In this document: piece after piece, positions 18,874 through 27,674 of the stretch
Layout: each line of letters opens with the position of its first letter
Position numbering within the stretch: position 1 is the first letter of the stretch
Assembly (NCBI GenBank): GCA_023246555.1
Contig: JAHFIC010000004.1
Span: 1 to 39,343 of the forward strand
Direction: 5' to 3'
DNA length: 39,343 bases
From: Candidatus Magasanikiibacteriota bacterium
GTDB lineage: Bacteria; Patescibacteriota; Patescibacteriia; Magasanikbacterales; UBA922
Notes under the pieces: generated by a model
What the model saw: the letters and a program-made list of their open reading frames with translations, nothing else
Told to the model about the DNA's origin: nothing
Databases searched by the model: none
Translations under genes and position numbers: made by a program

Positions 18874-21631
18874 GACACTTCTTATATTTCTTTCCGCTAC
18901 CGCAAGGACACGGGTCATTGCGACCGACTTTCGCGGCTCCCCCATGGCCGGTATTCGCTTGGGAGTGTTCACCGCCCATTTCTTTTTCCGCGCCTTGAAG
19001 TGTCAGCCGATCGGAGGCCATGATCGTTGGCGCTAGCTGAAACCCGATACCGATTTTAAAGAATGAGTAAACGATCTCTTTTTGAATACTCGCCTGCAAT
19101 TCTTGAAACAGCTGATAGGTTTCCTTTTTATACTCGACCAATGGGTCTCGCTGGCCATACCCGCGCAGTCCAATACCGGTTCTCAAATAATCAATCGCAA
19201 GCAGATGATCCACCCAAAGCGTATCGATCGCGCGCAGGAGAACACCTTTTTCCACTTCACGCATAAGGCTTTGGTCTGGTATTTTCCCCTCAATCCGGGC
19301 ATACTCTTCTTTCGCCCGATCAAAGAGGTAGACAGAAAGCGCTTCCCGCGCAAGAACTTCATCGAGTTTTCCATTCTGCACCGGCGTCATGGCCGACAAT
19401 TTTTCTTCGTCTTCTGCCGACAATGGAAAAATGGTTTTTGTTGTTTCAATTATTTCTCGCATATTCCAACCACGCTCATGAGAGACTTCGGCAGCTGGAG
19501 ATTTTGACATTTCGAAAGTATCTGTTGTTGGATTTGTATGAAAAGAAACGACAAATTCGATCTCTTGTTCTATCAACTCAAGGATCATGTCTTTTGTTTT
19601 TTCAGATTCTAAAATATCGCGGCGGCGCTTATAGATGACTTGGCGATGTTTGTTCAAAACGTCATCGTACTCAAGCAAATGCTTTCGCATGTCAAAATGA
19701 TGACTTTCCACTTTTTTCTGCGCCGTTTCGAGGAGTTTCGTGATCATGCCCTGCTCGATTGGCATATCATCCGGCACATTGAGCCGGGTCATGACATTCT
19801 TCAATCGGTCGCCGGCAAAAATACGCATCAGATCATCGTCGGTCGAAACAAGAAATTGTGTCTCACCGGGGTCACCCTGACGCGCCGATCGCCCGCGAAG
19901 CTGGTTGTCGATACGGCGAGACTCATGCCGTTCGGTGCCGAGCACAAAAAGCCCTCCGGCCCCGATAACGGTCTCGACATCGGTGGACTCTCCCGGAACG
20001 CCGCCCAATTTAATATCCACGCCGCGACCCGCCATGTTCGTGGCCAGCGTCACCGCTCCGGGCCGTCCGGCTTGGGCAATAATTTCACCCTCGCGCTCAT
20101 GATTTTTTGCATTCAAAATTTCATGCGTAATTCCATTCGCGGTGAGATATTCCGAAAGCGCTTCATTCTTTTCCACCGAAATGGTGCCAATAAGGATTGG
20201 TTGTTTCTTTTCTTGGCATTCCTTCACGCGATCAATAATTGCTTTGTACTTGCCGAGTTCTGTTTTGTAAATCCGATCATTATGATCGGTGCGGCAGTCG
20301 GCTTTATTTGTTGGGATAACCACCACCTCAAGATTGTATATTTTCCCAAATTCCTCGGCTTCCGTGACCGCCGTCCCGGTCATGCCGGCGAGTTTTCCAT
20401 ACATGCGGAACAAATTTTGAAACGTAATCGTTGCCAAAGTCTGGCTTTCGCGCTGAATCGGTAAATGCTCTTTGGCTTCAATCGCTTGATGCAACCCTTC
20501 AGAATACCGGCGCCCCGGCATTTTCCGGCCGGTAAACTCATCGATAATAACAATTTCTTCTCCGTCAACCACATACTCGCGATCGCGCGTAAAAAGGACT
20601 TCGGCCTTAAGCGCTTGTTCAATATGGTGAACGAGCCCAATACCGCCTTCCACGTATAAATTCTCCATGCCAAGCCAACTCTCAAATTTTGCAATCCCAG
20701 CATCGGTGAGCGTCGCCGCGCGCAATTTTTCATCAACATTGTAATCATCGTTTTCTTTCAGTTGTTTGACGAGCGATGCGAACCGATAGTACTGATCGGT
20801 CGCCTTTTCGGCCGCCGCGGAAATAATCAAAGGCGTGCGCGCTTCATCGATGAGAATGGAATCGATTTCATCGACAATCGCATATGGCATCTCGGTTCCT
20901 GGCCGCATGACCATATCGCCCAAACGCTGAACCATGTTGTCACGAAGATAATCAAAACCGAACTCATTGTTCGTGCCGTAGGTGATATCGCATCGATACG
21001 CCTCTTGCCGAGAGCAAGGACGGAGATACTCGTATTCCACCTTGAAGCCACCAAGCGTATCGCGCTCAATATCAAGAGCGCTGCCTTCGGCTCTCGACTC
21101 AACGCCGTTTGCTGATTGCTGACTGCTCATAGCCGCATCGTACACATAACTCACCCGCTGATTTTGTATGATTCCCACGGTCAGTCCAAGCGCGTCATAA
21201 ATCTGGCCCATCCAGACCGCATCACGACGAGCCAGATAATCATTGACCGTGACCACATGGACGCCCTTGCCCGTGAGCGCGTTCAAATACGCCGGGAGCG
21301 TTGCGACCAATGTTTTCCCTTCACCAGTGCGCATTTCAGCAATTTTCCCCTGGTGCAATACGATGCCGCCCAGAAGCTGGACATCGAAATGGCGCATGCC
21401 GGTAACGCGGTGAGACACTTCACGGACGATGGCAAAGGCATCGGGTAACATGTCGTCGAGTGTTTTTCCGTTCTTGAGCGCGTCTTTTAATTCCTGCGTT
21501 TTGGCCTTGAGCGCTTCATCAGAAAAAATTTTGTAGGCCGATTCAAGACGGTTAATCTCATCCACGATCGGCTGTAATCCTCGGAGAAACTTTGCGTTTG
21601 GGTCGCCGAAAATCTTGGTAATGAGGGACAT
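18863..21631 (-). CDS. secA: Preprotein translocase ATPase SecA
   Basis: [76 protein letters not shown]-terminal [19 protein letters not shown]. Confidence 0.98.
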   Translation of the reverse strand: MSLITKIFGDPNAKFLRGLQPIVDEINRLESAYKIFSDEALKAKTQELKDALKNGKTLDDMLPDAFAIVREVSHRVTGMRHFDVQLLGGIVLHQGKIAEMRTGEGKTLVATLPAYLNALTGKGVHVVTVNDYLARRDAVWMGQIYDALGLTVGIIQNQRVSYVYDAAMSSQQSANGVESRAEGSALDIERDTLGGFKVEYEYLRPCSRQEAYRCDITYGTNNEFGFDYLRDNMVQRLGDMVMRPGTEMPYAIVDEIDSILIDEARTPLIISAAAEKATDQYYRFASLVKQLKENDDYNVDEKLRAATLTDAGIAKFESWLGMENLYVEGGIGLVHHIEQALKAEVLFTRDREYVVDGEEIVIIDEFTGRKMPGRRYSEGLHQAIEAKEHLPIQRESQTLATITFQNLFRMYGKLAGMTGTAVTEAEEFGKIYNLEVVVIPTNKADCRTDHNDRIYKTELGKYKAIIDRVKECQEKKQPILIGTISVEKNEALSEYLTANGITHEILNAKNHEREGEIIAQAGRPGAVTLATNMAGRGVDIKLGGVPGESTDVETVIGAGGLFVLGTERHESRRIDNQLRGRSARQGDPGETQFLVSTDDDLMRIFAGDRLKNVMTRLNVPDDMPIEQGMITKLLETAQKKVESHHFDMRKHLLEYDDVLNKHRQVIYKRRRDILESEKTKDMILELIEQEIEFVVSFHTNPTTDTFEMSKSPAAEVSHERGWNMREIIETTKTIFPLSAEDEEKLSAMTPVQNGKLDEVLAREALSVYLFDRAKEEYARIEGKIPDQSLMREVEKGVLLRAIDTLWVDHLLAIDYLRTGIGLRGYGQRDPLVEYKKETYQLFQELQASIQKEIVYSFFKIGIGFQLAPTIMASDRLTLQGAEKEMGGEHSQANTGHGGAAKVGRNDPCPCGSGKKYKKCHGQ
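21099..21133. repeat. 7-bp tandem repeat within secA
   Basis: tcaacgc cgtttgc tgattgc tgactgc tcatagc, encoding [12 protein letters not shown]. Confidence 0.7.
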
Positions 21632-21674
21632 AAAAATATATACGACCACTCAACAATAGCAATTTTTCGGACGC

Positions 21675-21703
21675 TTGACAACCCCCAAAAGGTGTTATAG
21701 GAT
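21675..21703 (+). promoter_or_regulatory. Sigma70 promoter divergent from secA
   Basis: TTGACA (21675-21680), 17 nt spacer, TAGGAT (21698-21703). Confidence 0.65.
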
Positions 21704-21710
21704 TATTCAT

Positions 21711-21894
21711 CCCTTCCCGACTGAAGGGCGCAGTGATACTTCACTGGACATGTTCTTTTACACGAAAGATTGGACGAGCGTCTGGTTACCATAGGGAACA
21801 ATGGTCGCCGTCATGCTCGTCTGATCCTCGCTACAACTCACTTTCCTCACCCGCCGTATGCCGGCAGGTGAGCTACCCTTGAGGAGGGTAAAAC
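21711..21894 (+). ncRNA. Highly structured 5' leader or candidate cis-regulatory RNA
   Basis: Five consecutive hairpins: 21711-21728, 21731-21746, 21768-21826 (14-bp outer stem), 21846-21872 and 21874-21890 (covers the SD). Confidence 0.5.
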
Positions 21895-22071
21895 ATGAGG
21901 AATCTCTTGCTGCTCGCCGGGGTCTTGGATCTCTTTTTTCTGTTGCTCCTGACCGGAGCAACCAACGGGTGGGCGGGGTTGCTGACCAACGCCCTCGCGT
22001 GGTCAATTTTCCTGACCAAGGTCGGCCAAATCTCGCTGATCGCGTGGGCGATGAAAAAGAGGGTCGAATAG
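21895..22071 (+). CDS. Small hydrophobic membrane protein (58 aa), not in the ORF track
   Basis: GAGGAGG SD then ATG; MRNLLLLAGVLDLFFLLLLTGATNGWAGLLTNALAWSIFLTKVGQISLIAWAMKKRVE*; terminator follows. Confidence 0.7.
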   Translation: MRNLLLLAGVLDLFFLLLLTGATNGWAGLLTNALAWSIFLTKVGQISLIAWAMKKRVE

Positions 22072-22099
22072 ACCTAACCCGCACAACCATCGGCCACTG

Positions 22100-22138
22100 G
22101 CCCGTCTCGACACCTCGTCGGGGCGGGCTCGTTTTTTG
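22100..22138 (+). terminator. Rho-independent terminator
   Basis: gcccgtctcgac-acctc-gtcggggcgggc stem, then tcgtttttt. Confidence 0.75.
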
Positions 22139-22140
22139 TA

Positions 22141-22169
22141 TTGACCAAACACACATAAGCTGATATAAG
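22141..22169 (+). promoter_or_regulatory. Promoter for the HAD gene
   Basis: TTGACC, 17 nt spacer, TGa-TATAAG; GGAGG SD before ATG 22190. Confidence 0.45.
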
Positions 22170-22189
22170 AATTACGGAGGAACTACAAA

Positions 22190-22846
22190 ATGGAATTCCG
22201 CTGTGTGATCTTTGACGCTGGACAGGTTCTGGTAAACTTCCGGAACGACCGATTGCTTCAGGCCCTTGCCGAAAAAAGCGAAGCCGAGCCGACAAGAGGT
22301 ACTCCGGCGTACCTCGACTATCTACTGTTCGAAGCGCCGGAGGCTCTGGTCAAACCATTCGAACGAGGCGAATGGACAAGCACGCAGTTCTTCCAGATCG
22401 TGCGAGCGGCCATCAACGCCCCGTCCCTCACGGAAGATGAATTCTTCCGCATCTGGAACGATATCTTTCTCCCGAACCTCGGCATCGACACGGTGCTCGA
22501 CCGGATTCAGAAGGGTGTCCGGAAGATGATTCTCTCCAACACCAACCCGCTTCACTGGGGAGAGGTGAAACGAGGCCAGGAGGCCCTGCTCAAACATTTC
22601 CCGGACGATGCCCAAATTCTCTCGTATCGAGAGAAAGCGAGGAAACCGGAAGAAAAAATCTTCCGCGCCGCTCTCGAGCGCGCCGACGTGGCGCCGGGGC
22701 GAATCGTCTACGTCGACGATCGCCAAGAAAATCTCGACACCTTCGTCGAATTCGGCGTACACGGAATCCGCTATGACTGTCGCACGGACAATGCGCGGGT
22801 GCTCGCAAGCCAACTCGAAGAGCTCAACGTGATCGCGACATTCTAA
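22190..22846 (+). CDS. HAD-superfamily phosphatase (YihX/subfamily IA-like)
   Basis: Motif I VIFDAGQVLV, motif II ILSNTN, motif III RKPEEKIF, motif IV YVDDRQEN. Confidence 0.9.
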   Translation: MEFRCVIFDAGQVLVNFRNDRLLQALAEKSEAEPTRGTPAYLDYLLFEAPEALVKPFERGEWTSTQFFQIVRAAINAPSLTEDEFFRIWNDIFLPNLGIDTVLDRIQKGVRKMILSNTNPLHWGEVKRGQEALLKHFPDDAQILSYREKARKPEEKIFRAALERADVAPGRIVYVDDRQENLDTFVEFGVHGIRYDCRTDNARVLASQLEELNVIATF

Positions 22847-22876
22847 AATAAGATTCAGAACAGACCCGCCAACCAA

Positions 22877-22917
22877 AAGCCCGCCCGAGGAGACTCGCGA
22901 CGGGCTTCATTTTTTTT
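22877..22917 (+). terminator. Rho-independent terminator between the convergent HAD and hpf genes
   Basis: aagcccg...cgggctt stem, then a T-run. Confidence 0.75.
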
Positions 22918-22921
22918 AAAC

Positions 22922-23269
22922 TTACTCTTCTTGGTATTCTTTTTGGGCTCGAATGCCCTTTTTGTCCTTTGTGCGCATTTTTTCTTTCCGCTTTTCGAGA
23001 TCCACTTTCAGGTGATCTTTCACCTTATCAATCGCTTTATAGAGATCCTCCGAATCCTTCTCTACGCGAACCAACTCCCCGGGCACATGCAGATTTACTT
23101 CCGCATAAAAAATCTTGCCCTTATTGTGATGATGCGAACGCAGGCCGATGTCAATATCCGCTTGCCGGATATTGTCGAAAAACTTCGTGAGTCCGCTGAT
23201 TTTTTCTTCCGCGTACTGTTTGATTGCTGTGGTGAGTTCAATCCCCGTACCGTGGATGTTGATGATCAT
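22922..23269 (-). CDS. hpf: Ribosome hibernation promoting factor (HPF/RaiA, short form)
   Basis: INIHGTGIELTTAIKQYAEEKI..L.KF, AEVNLHVPG, DLYKAID. Confidence 0.9.
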   Translation of the reverse strand: MIINIHGTGIELTTAIKQYAEEKISGLTKFFDNIRQADIDIGLRSHHHNKGKIFYAEVNLHVPGELVRVEKDSEDLYKAIDKVKDHLKVDLEKRKEKMRTKDKKGIRAQKEYQEE

Positions 23270-23280
23270 ACGCAAAAAAA

Positions 23281-24666
23281 TTATGATGTTTGTCGTTCAC
23301 GAATAAGCTGTTCTATCTTGGCAAGCGTCTTTTCCTCCTCATCACCTCCAACGAGCACCTCATCGATTTGTCTTTTCAATTCGCCGCTTGGATCGCTTTC
23401 TTGAAGAATCGAATCAACTGAAACGTGCTGGGTCTTGCCGAACAATTTTCTCACCAACTTCCCTAATCGATTCTCATCAACCAATGTTTCAATCCTTAAA
23501 GAAATTCTTTCGGGTGGAACGTCGGATTGTCCGACAAAATCCGTTCTTTCTGCAGGAGTAAGCGATGCGAGAAAATCCCTTTTTGTATCCCGCAAAACTT
23601 GATTCTTTGCCGCAGCTAATTCTCCCTTTCCCACGGCTCTGTTTCCACCACGTACACGCAAACCTTGCATAGCAGTGATAAATGAATCACTGGCCACTTG
23701 CGGCAATGTGAGATACTTGGCACTCTTTGTGTCAATCCCTGTTAAAACAAAAACACGAAGCGGAATAATTTTCCCTCTTTCATTTTCAGGATAAATACGA
23801 ACGACCCGTTTTGCTTGCTCAACTTTTCGTTCTGAAGGAGCTTCTCCTTCTCGCAATAGACGAAGTCCTGAAACATCGCCTCGCACAAAACGATCTTTTG
23901 CACTTTCTTTTCTCGGCAGAGTTACCTTCAATTCCTTAACGCCGAAATCCATTTGTAACTTTTGTGGATCATCGTGATACAAACGCCCCATGGCGTGTAT
24001 ATGCTCAGACAAACGGTCTGGGTTGTGCGCTGGAATCCCTTGATAGATAAGATCGTCTGAGATTATTTTCATCTGTGTATCGATAGCGTCATCATGAGTA
24101 TCAGGGAACCGCTCAGGTTGGGGATCCGCAAGACTCTCGGCTGCCATGCGCGCGTGAATCATTTCTCTTTTCAATTGGGGCAATACCTCTTTTGGCCAAC
24201 CAGCAATCGTGCCTTTTTCTTGCAGCTCGATCAATTTCTCTTGATCAAGTCGTGCACCAAGAATTCCAAAAAGTCTGTCTTGATTTTCTGTGTCAGTTTC
24301 TTCAAGTGCTATTCGAAACATCCCTTTGAGAATACTTCGAACGCCATCAAAAGTAAGATCGTTCGATGTTGACCCAAAAAGCCGCGCCATTCCTTCAAAG
24401 GAATACAAGCGCTGTAATATGTGGCCTGACCGTGTATAGATATCACGCAAAGCAGTGTTGGCGTCTTCGAGCGATATTTGTTGAGAATTACACTGCTCAA
24501 AGATACGACGAATTTCAGATTTTGTGGCTTCAATACTACGACGAACTTCCACCGCTGGTTCAGGAATATTAAAAAGCTCTTGTTTTTCAGTACTCGGTGC
24601 CGTGGCTCTTTTTTGTTCTCCTGATATGGCAAGAATTTTTTCCATGTCCTCACCGCGTTCATTCAT
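23281..24666 (-). CDS. Hypothetical protein (461 aa, charged and helical)
   Basis: Long ORF tightly packed between murB and hpf; no recognisable motif. Confidence 0.7.
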   Translation of the reverse strand: MNERGEDMEKILAISGEQKRATAPSTEKQELFNIPEPAVEVRRSIEATKSEIRRIFEQCNSQQISLEDANTALRDIYTRSGHILQRLYSFEGMARLFGSTSNDLTFDGVRSILKGMFRIALEETDTENQDRLFGILGARLDQEKLIELQEKGTIAGWPKEVLPQLKREMIHARMAAESLADPQPERFPDTHDDAIDTQMKIISDDLIYQGIPAHNPDRLSEHIHAMGRLYHDDPQKLQMDFGVKELKVTLPRKESAKDRFVRGDVSGLRLLREGEAPSERKVEQAKRVVRIYPENERGKIIPLRVFVLTGIDTKSAKYLTLPQVASDSFITAMQGLRVRGGNRAVGKGELAAAKNQVLRDTKRDFLASLTPAERTDFVGQSDVPPERISLRIETLVDENRLGKLVRKLFGKTQHVSVDSILQESDPSGELKRQIDEVLVGGDEEEKTLAKIEQLIRERQTS

Positions 24667-24671
24667 AGTAT

Positions 24672-25607
24672 TTAAATAATCTGTATCTCTTCCTCCAAGG
24701 CTACGCCAAATCTATCGTACACCTTTGTTTTAATCTCATCAATCAGCGCGAGCACGTCTGCCGCTGTCGCGTGGCCGTTGTTCAGAATAAAATTGCAGTG
24801 CTTCGTGGACACTTCCGCACCGCCGACCACCGCGCCTTTGAGTCCCGACTGATCAATCAACCATCCAGCGGAAATTTTCCCTTTTTTCAAAAACTCCTCT
24901 GGCAAATCAGAAATTTTGAGATTTTGAGATTTCGATATCTCGAAATTTTTAAAAACACACCCAATCGACTGTCCTTGCGGCTGGGTTTTCGCGCGGTAGG
25001 CTAAGTGTTCTAGCGCCCGTTTTCGACCCTCAATATTTTCGCCTTTGCGCAGTGTGAGTGTCGCGCGAAGCACCACTCCACCCCCGTGTTTCAACGTGCT
25101 ATCGCGGTAGCCAAATGCACATTCTGTGTTTGAAAGCGTTACCACTTCGCCATCTCGATACGCCTCGATCTCTTTGACCACATCTTTCATTTCCCCCCCC
25201 ATGGCGCCGGCGTTGCCACGCACCGCGCCGCCGATCGTGCCCGGCACGCCCACACCCCATTCAAATCCAGTCAGTCCTGAAGAGAAAGATTCTTGAGCAA
25301 TCTGAGCGGTGATGCACCCGGCATCCGCTTGAATGTAAGTACCTTTGGTATTTGAACTTTGGCATTTGACATTGACCGCGACACCGCGGAAACCGTTGTC
25401 ACGAACTAACATATTGCTCCCACTACCGATAATGAAATACGACACTCCTTCACCATCAAGAAACCGCAATGCTTCAACCAACTTTTCGGTGGAATCAATG
25501 GTCAAAAAAACATCGGCCGGTCCGCCAATGCGAAACGTCGTACGTTTCGCCATTGGTTCATTGATTTTGACAGAACCAAATTGTTTTAATTGATCGTATA
25601 ATTCCAT
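24672..25607 (-). CDS. murB: UDP-N-acetylenolpyruvoylglucosamine reductase
   Basis: TTFRIGGPAD, IGSGSNMLV, GVPGTIGGAVRGNAGA, FGYRDS, SAGWLID..GLKG, KHCNFILN, LEEEI. Confidence 0.95.
   Translation of the reverse strand: MELYDQLKQFGSVKINEPMAKRTTFRIGGPADVFLTIDSTEKLVEALRFLDGEGVSYFIIGSGSNMLVRDNGFRGVAVNVKCQSSNTKGTYIQADAGCITAQIAQESFSSGLTGFEWGVGVPGTIGGAVRGNAGAMGGEMKDVVKEIEAYRDGEVVTLSNTECAFGYRDSTLKHGGGVVLRATLTLRKGENIEGRKRALEHLAYRAKTQPQGQSIGCVFKNFEISKSQNLKISDLPEEFLKKGKISAGWLIDQSGLKGAVVGGAEVSTKHCNFILNNGHATAADVLALIDEIKTKVYDRFGVALEEEIQII
24911..24950. repeat. 8-bp tandem repeat within murB
   Basis: aaattttg agattttg agatttcg atatctcg aaattttt, encoding KNFEISKSQNLKIS. Confidence 0.7.
25344..25371. repeat. 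7-bp tandem repeat within murB
   Basis: tttggta tttgaac tttggca tttgaca, encoding VKCQSSNTK. Confidence 0.65.
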
Positions 25608-25644
25608 ATTGCCAAGGCAGGATGCTCCTTATATACTCTTTATC

Positions 25645-26964
25645 ATGATGCAGAAACTTCTCGAACAACTCGCGGCAACCCCTGTCGCCTACATAGCGCG
25701 GGATATCGAACGCGCGCTTGGACTTACGCTCCCGACGAGAGGATATTGTATTGTCTCAAATGCAACCGCCTTTGCCAAGAAAATTGCCAATGGATCTGAT
25801 GACGCGCTCCTCATCCCCTCCGAGCATCCGCTTGATACCGAAGAGCTTCTGCGGCATGAACTGACAATGCCCTTTCTGCGCAAGCATGGCATTCGCCGCG
25901 TCGTTGTGTTTAAAAACACATCGCACATCGAACGCGCCGCGTCTGCTCTGGGATTAGAGCTCCTCAATCCGCCGGCAGATATTTCAAAAATAGTGGAAGA
26001 AAAAATATCTCAAGTGCGGTGGCTTGGGGAACTTGCCACTTATCTCCCGCCGCACACCATAACCACGTGCAAAAAGCTTGAATGGACTGGCACCGACGTG
26101 ATCGTGCAATTCAATCACGCGCATACCGGCGATGGTACGCTTCGCCTGACATCAAAAGAAACGATGCGCGCGCTGGCCGAACAATTTCCTGATCGCGACG
26201 TGCGCGTGATGGATGTGGTCAATGGTCCGACGTTCACCAATAATAATGTTGTCGCGCGAGACGCCGTACTGTTTGGAAATGTGAATTACCAAATCACTGG
26301 CCTCACCCCGTTTACCGATCGGCCGTTTGCCACGGTGGGAAACGATTGGGGGCTCGCGGAACGTCTCTTGCCGGAATCGGCGAGAGCGACATACACCGAA
26401 ATGGTCGCGACGATCGGTAATCAGTTACGGCAGAGCGGCTGGCGCGGGCTCTTCGGTGTGGACGTGATGTACGATGAAGACAAGAAAAAACTTTTTCTCA
26501 TCGAAATCAATGCGCGTCAACCCGCGTCAGCGACGTTTGAATCACAATTACAGCACAGCCATCGGCTATCGGCCAAAAGTCCCGCACACTGCGGGACCCC
26601 GCCCGAGGGCGGTGGCCAAAAGTCCCGCACACTGCGGGACCCCGCCCGAGGGCGGTGGCTGAAAGCCATAACAATCTTTGAAGCCCACCTGGCGGCGTTG
26701 TTGGATCTGCCGCTTGGTGATAAAACCTTGGTCACGATCCACGACGGAGCGCAATTGGTGAGACGAATCAGAGATGATGAATCAAAAATGACGGATATAT
26801 CCGAAAAAATCGAAAAGCTGAAGGCAGCAGGATTGACGGTCATGCGCTATGACAACACCGAGCCTGGTCAAGACGTGCTCCGCATCCAAAGCGAGCGTTC
26901 ACTCATGGAGTCGCATCATAAATTAAATGAGCGTGGGCGGCTGATCCAAAGCATGGTGTCGTAA
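25645..26964 (+). CDS. ATP-grasp domain protein
   Basis: VEEKISQ, HTGDGT, GWRGLFGVDVM...LFLIEINAR (ATP-grasp E-x-N-x-R). Start taken at ATG 25645. Confidence 0.8.
   Translation: MMQKLLEQLAATPVAYIARDIERALGLTLPTRGYCIVSNATAFAKKIANGSDDALLIPSEHPLDTEELLRHELTMPFLRKHGIRRVVVFKNTSHIERAASALGLELLNPPADISKIVEEKISQVRWLGELATYLPPHTITTCKKLEWTGTDVIVQFNHAHTGDGTLRLTSKETMRALAEQFPDRDVRVMDVVNGPTFTNNNVVARDAVLFGNVNYQITGLTPFTDRPFATVGNDWGLAERLLPESARATYTEMVATIGNQLRQSGWRGLFGVDVMYDEDKKKLFLIEINARQPASATFESQLQHSHRLSAKSPAHCGTPPEGGGQKSRTLRDPARGRWLKAITIFEAHLAALLDLPLGDKTLVTIHDGAQLVRRIRDDESKMTDISEKIEKLKAAGLTVMRYDNTEPGQDVLRIQSERSLMESHHKLNERGRLIQSMVS
26571..26656. repeat. Perfect 43-bp tandem duplication of a double-hairpin, REP-like element inside the ATP-grasp ORF
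   Basis: 2 x ggccaaaagtcccgcacactgcgggaccccgcccgagggcggt; each unit has gtcccgca-cac-tgcgggac and ccgccc-ga-gggcgg. Confidence 0.92.
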
Positions 26965-26969
26965 TTCCT

Positions 26970-27407
26970 ATGCGCGTAGAAAGTCCAGTTTTTTCAAATA
27001 ACGAATCCATTCCGGTGGCGTATACCTGTGATGGAAAGGAAAAAAATCCGCCGTTCCAATTTTTTGATGTACCAACTGAAGCAAAAAGCTTGGTACTGAT
27101 CGTGGACGATCCTGATGCTCCGGGTGGTGACTTCGTGCATTGGCTGGTATGGAATATTGATCCCAGAACAACAGAAATTACTGAAGCGAGCGTGCCGCCG
27201 GGCGCGATCCAAGGCACAACGGATTTTGGAACCACCGGGTATGGCGGTCCGTGTCCACCATCGGGAACGCATCGCTATCAATTCAAACTCTACGCGCTTG
27301 ATACGTCGCTGTCTCTTCCGCCATCAACCAAAAAATCCGCACTCGAGGCGGCAATGAAAGGGTATGTGCTCACCGAAGCGCGGTTGGTTGGGTTGTATAA
27401 AAGATAA
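26970..27407 (+). CDS. YbhB/YbcL family (PEBP, Raf kinase inhibitor-like) protein
   Basis: YTCDG, SLVLIVDDPDAP, FVHWLVWNI, GYGGPCPPSGTHRYQFKLYALD. Confidence 0.93.
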   Translation: MRVESPVFSNNESIPVAYTCDGKEKNPPFQFFDVPTEAKSLVLIVDDPDAPGGDFVHWLVWNIDPRTTEITEASVPPGAIQGTTDFGTTGYGGPCPPSGTHRYQFKLYALDTSLSLPPSTKKSALEAAMKGYVLTEARLVGLYKR

Positions 27408-27427
27408 AGGGTGTTCCCCGAGCCGAG

Positions 27428-27461
27428 AAGAAAAAAGTCCCGCGGCAACCGACACGGGACT
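27428..27461 (-). terminator. Rho-independent terminator for the small peptide gene
   Basis: Minus strand agtcccgtg...cgcgggact followed by a T-rich tail. Confidence 0.7.
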
Positions 27462-27496
27462 CCGAGTGAGCTGTGCGCCTCCGCGCTCCCCTATTA

Positions 27497-27613
27497 TCAC
27501 AGAGGATTCCGCATCTGTGCCCAAGCGTAGACTAGCACTGCCCCAACTACGGCAGGCGTAACCGCGATAGCGACGCCGTACCAAAACGCATATTTCAATT
27601 TGCGACAATCCAT
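27497..27613 (-). CDS. Small single-TM peptide (38 aa), not in the ORF track
   Basis: AAGGAGG SD 6 nt before ATG; MDCRKLKYAFWYGVAIAVTPAVVGAVLVYAWAQMRNPL, then TGA TAA TAG; has its own promoter and terminator. Confidence 0.7.
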   Translation of the reverse strand: MDCRKLKYAFWYGVAIAVTPAVVGAVLVYAWAQMRNPL

Positions 27614-27643
27614 TTCGTGCCTCCTTCCATTTCTGATTGTTTT

Positions 27644-27674
27644 TGTTATACTGCTCCTCACCATATGGAGTCAA
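27644..27674. promoter_or_regulatory. Overlapping divergent promoters
   Basis: Minus: TTGACT (27669-27674), 18 nt spacer, TATAAC (27645-27650). Plus: extended -10 TGt-TATACT (27644-27652). Confidence 0.45.

Noticed and set aside
18874-18972. N-terminal extension of the NUDIX ORF
   Set aside because: It overlaps the conserved SecA zinc-binding C-terminus; ATG 18873 is more plausible
21758-22163. ORF-track calls 21858-22163 (+) and 21758-22156 (-)
   Set aside because: No SD, and they cross the terminator; the 58-aa ORF at 21895 has much better signals
26571-26656. Possible CRISPR array (palindromic direct repeats)
   Set aside because: Only two directly abutting units, no spacers, inside an ORF, and no cas genes in the window
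27408-27600. Possible tRNA, SRP, 6S or tmRNA in the GC-rich intergenic region
   Set aside because: No cloverleaf, T-loop or SRP motif found; explained by the small peptide gene, its UTR and terminator
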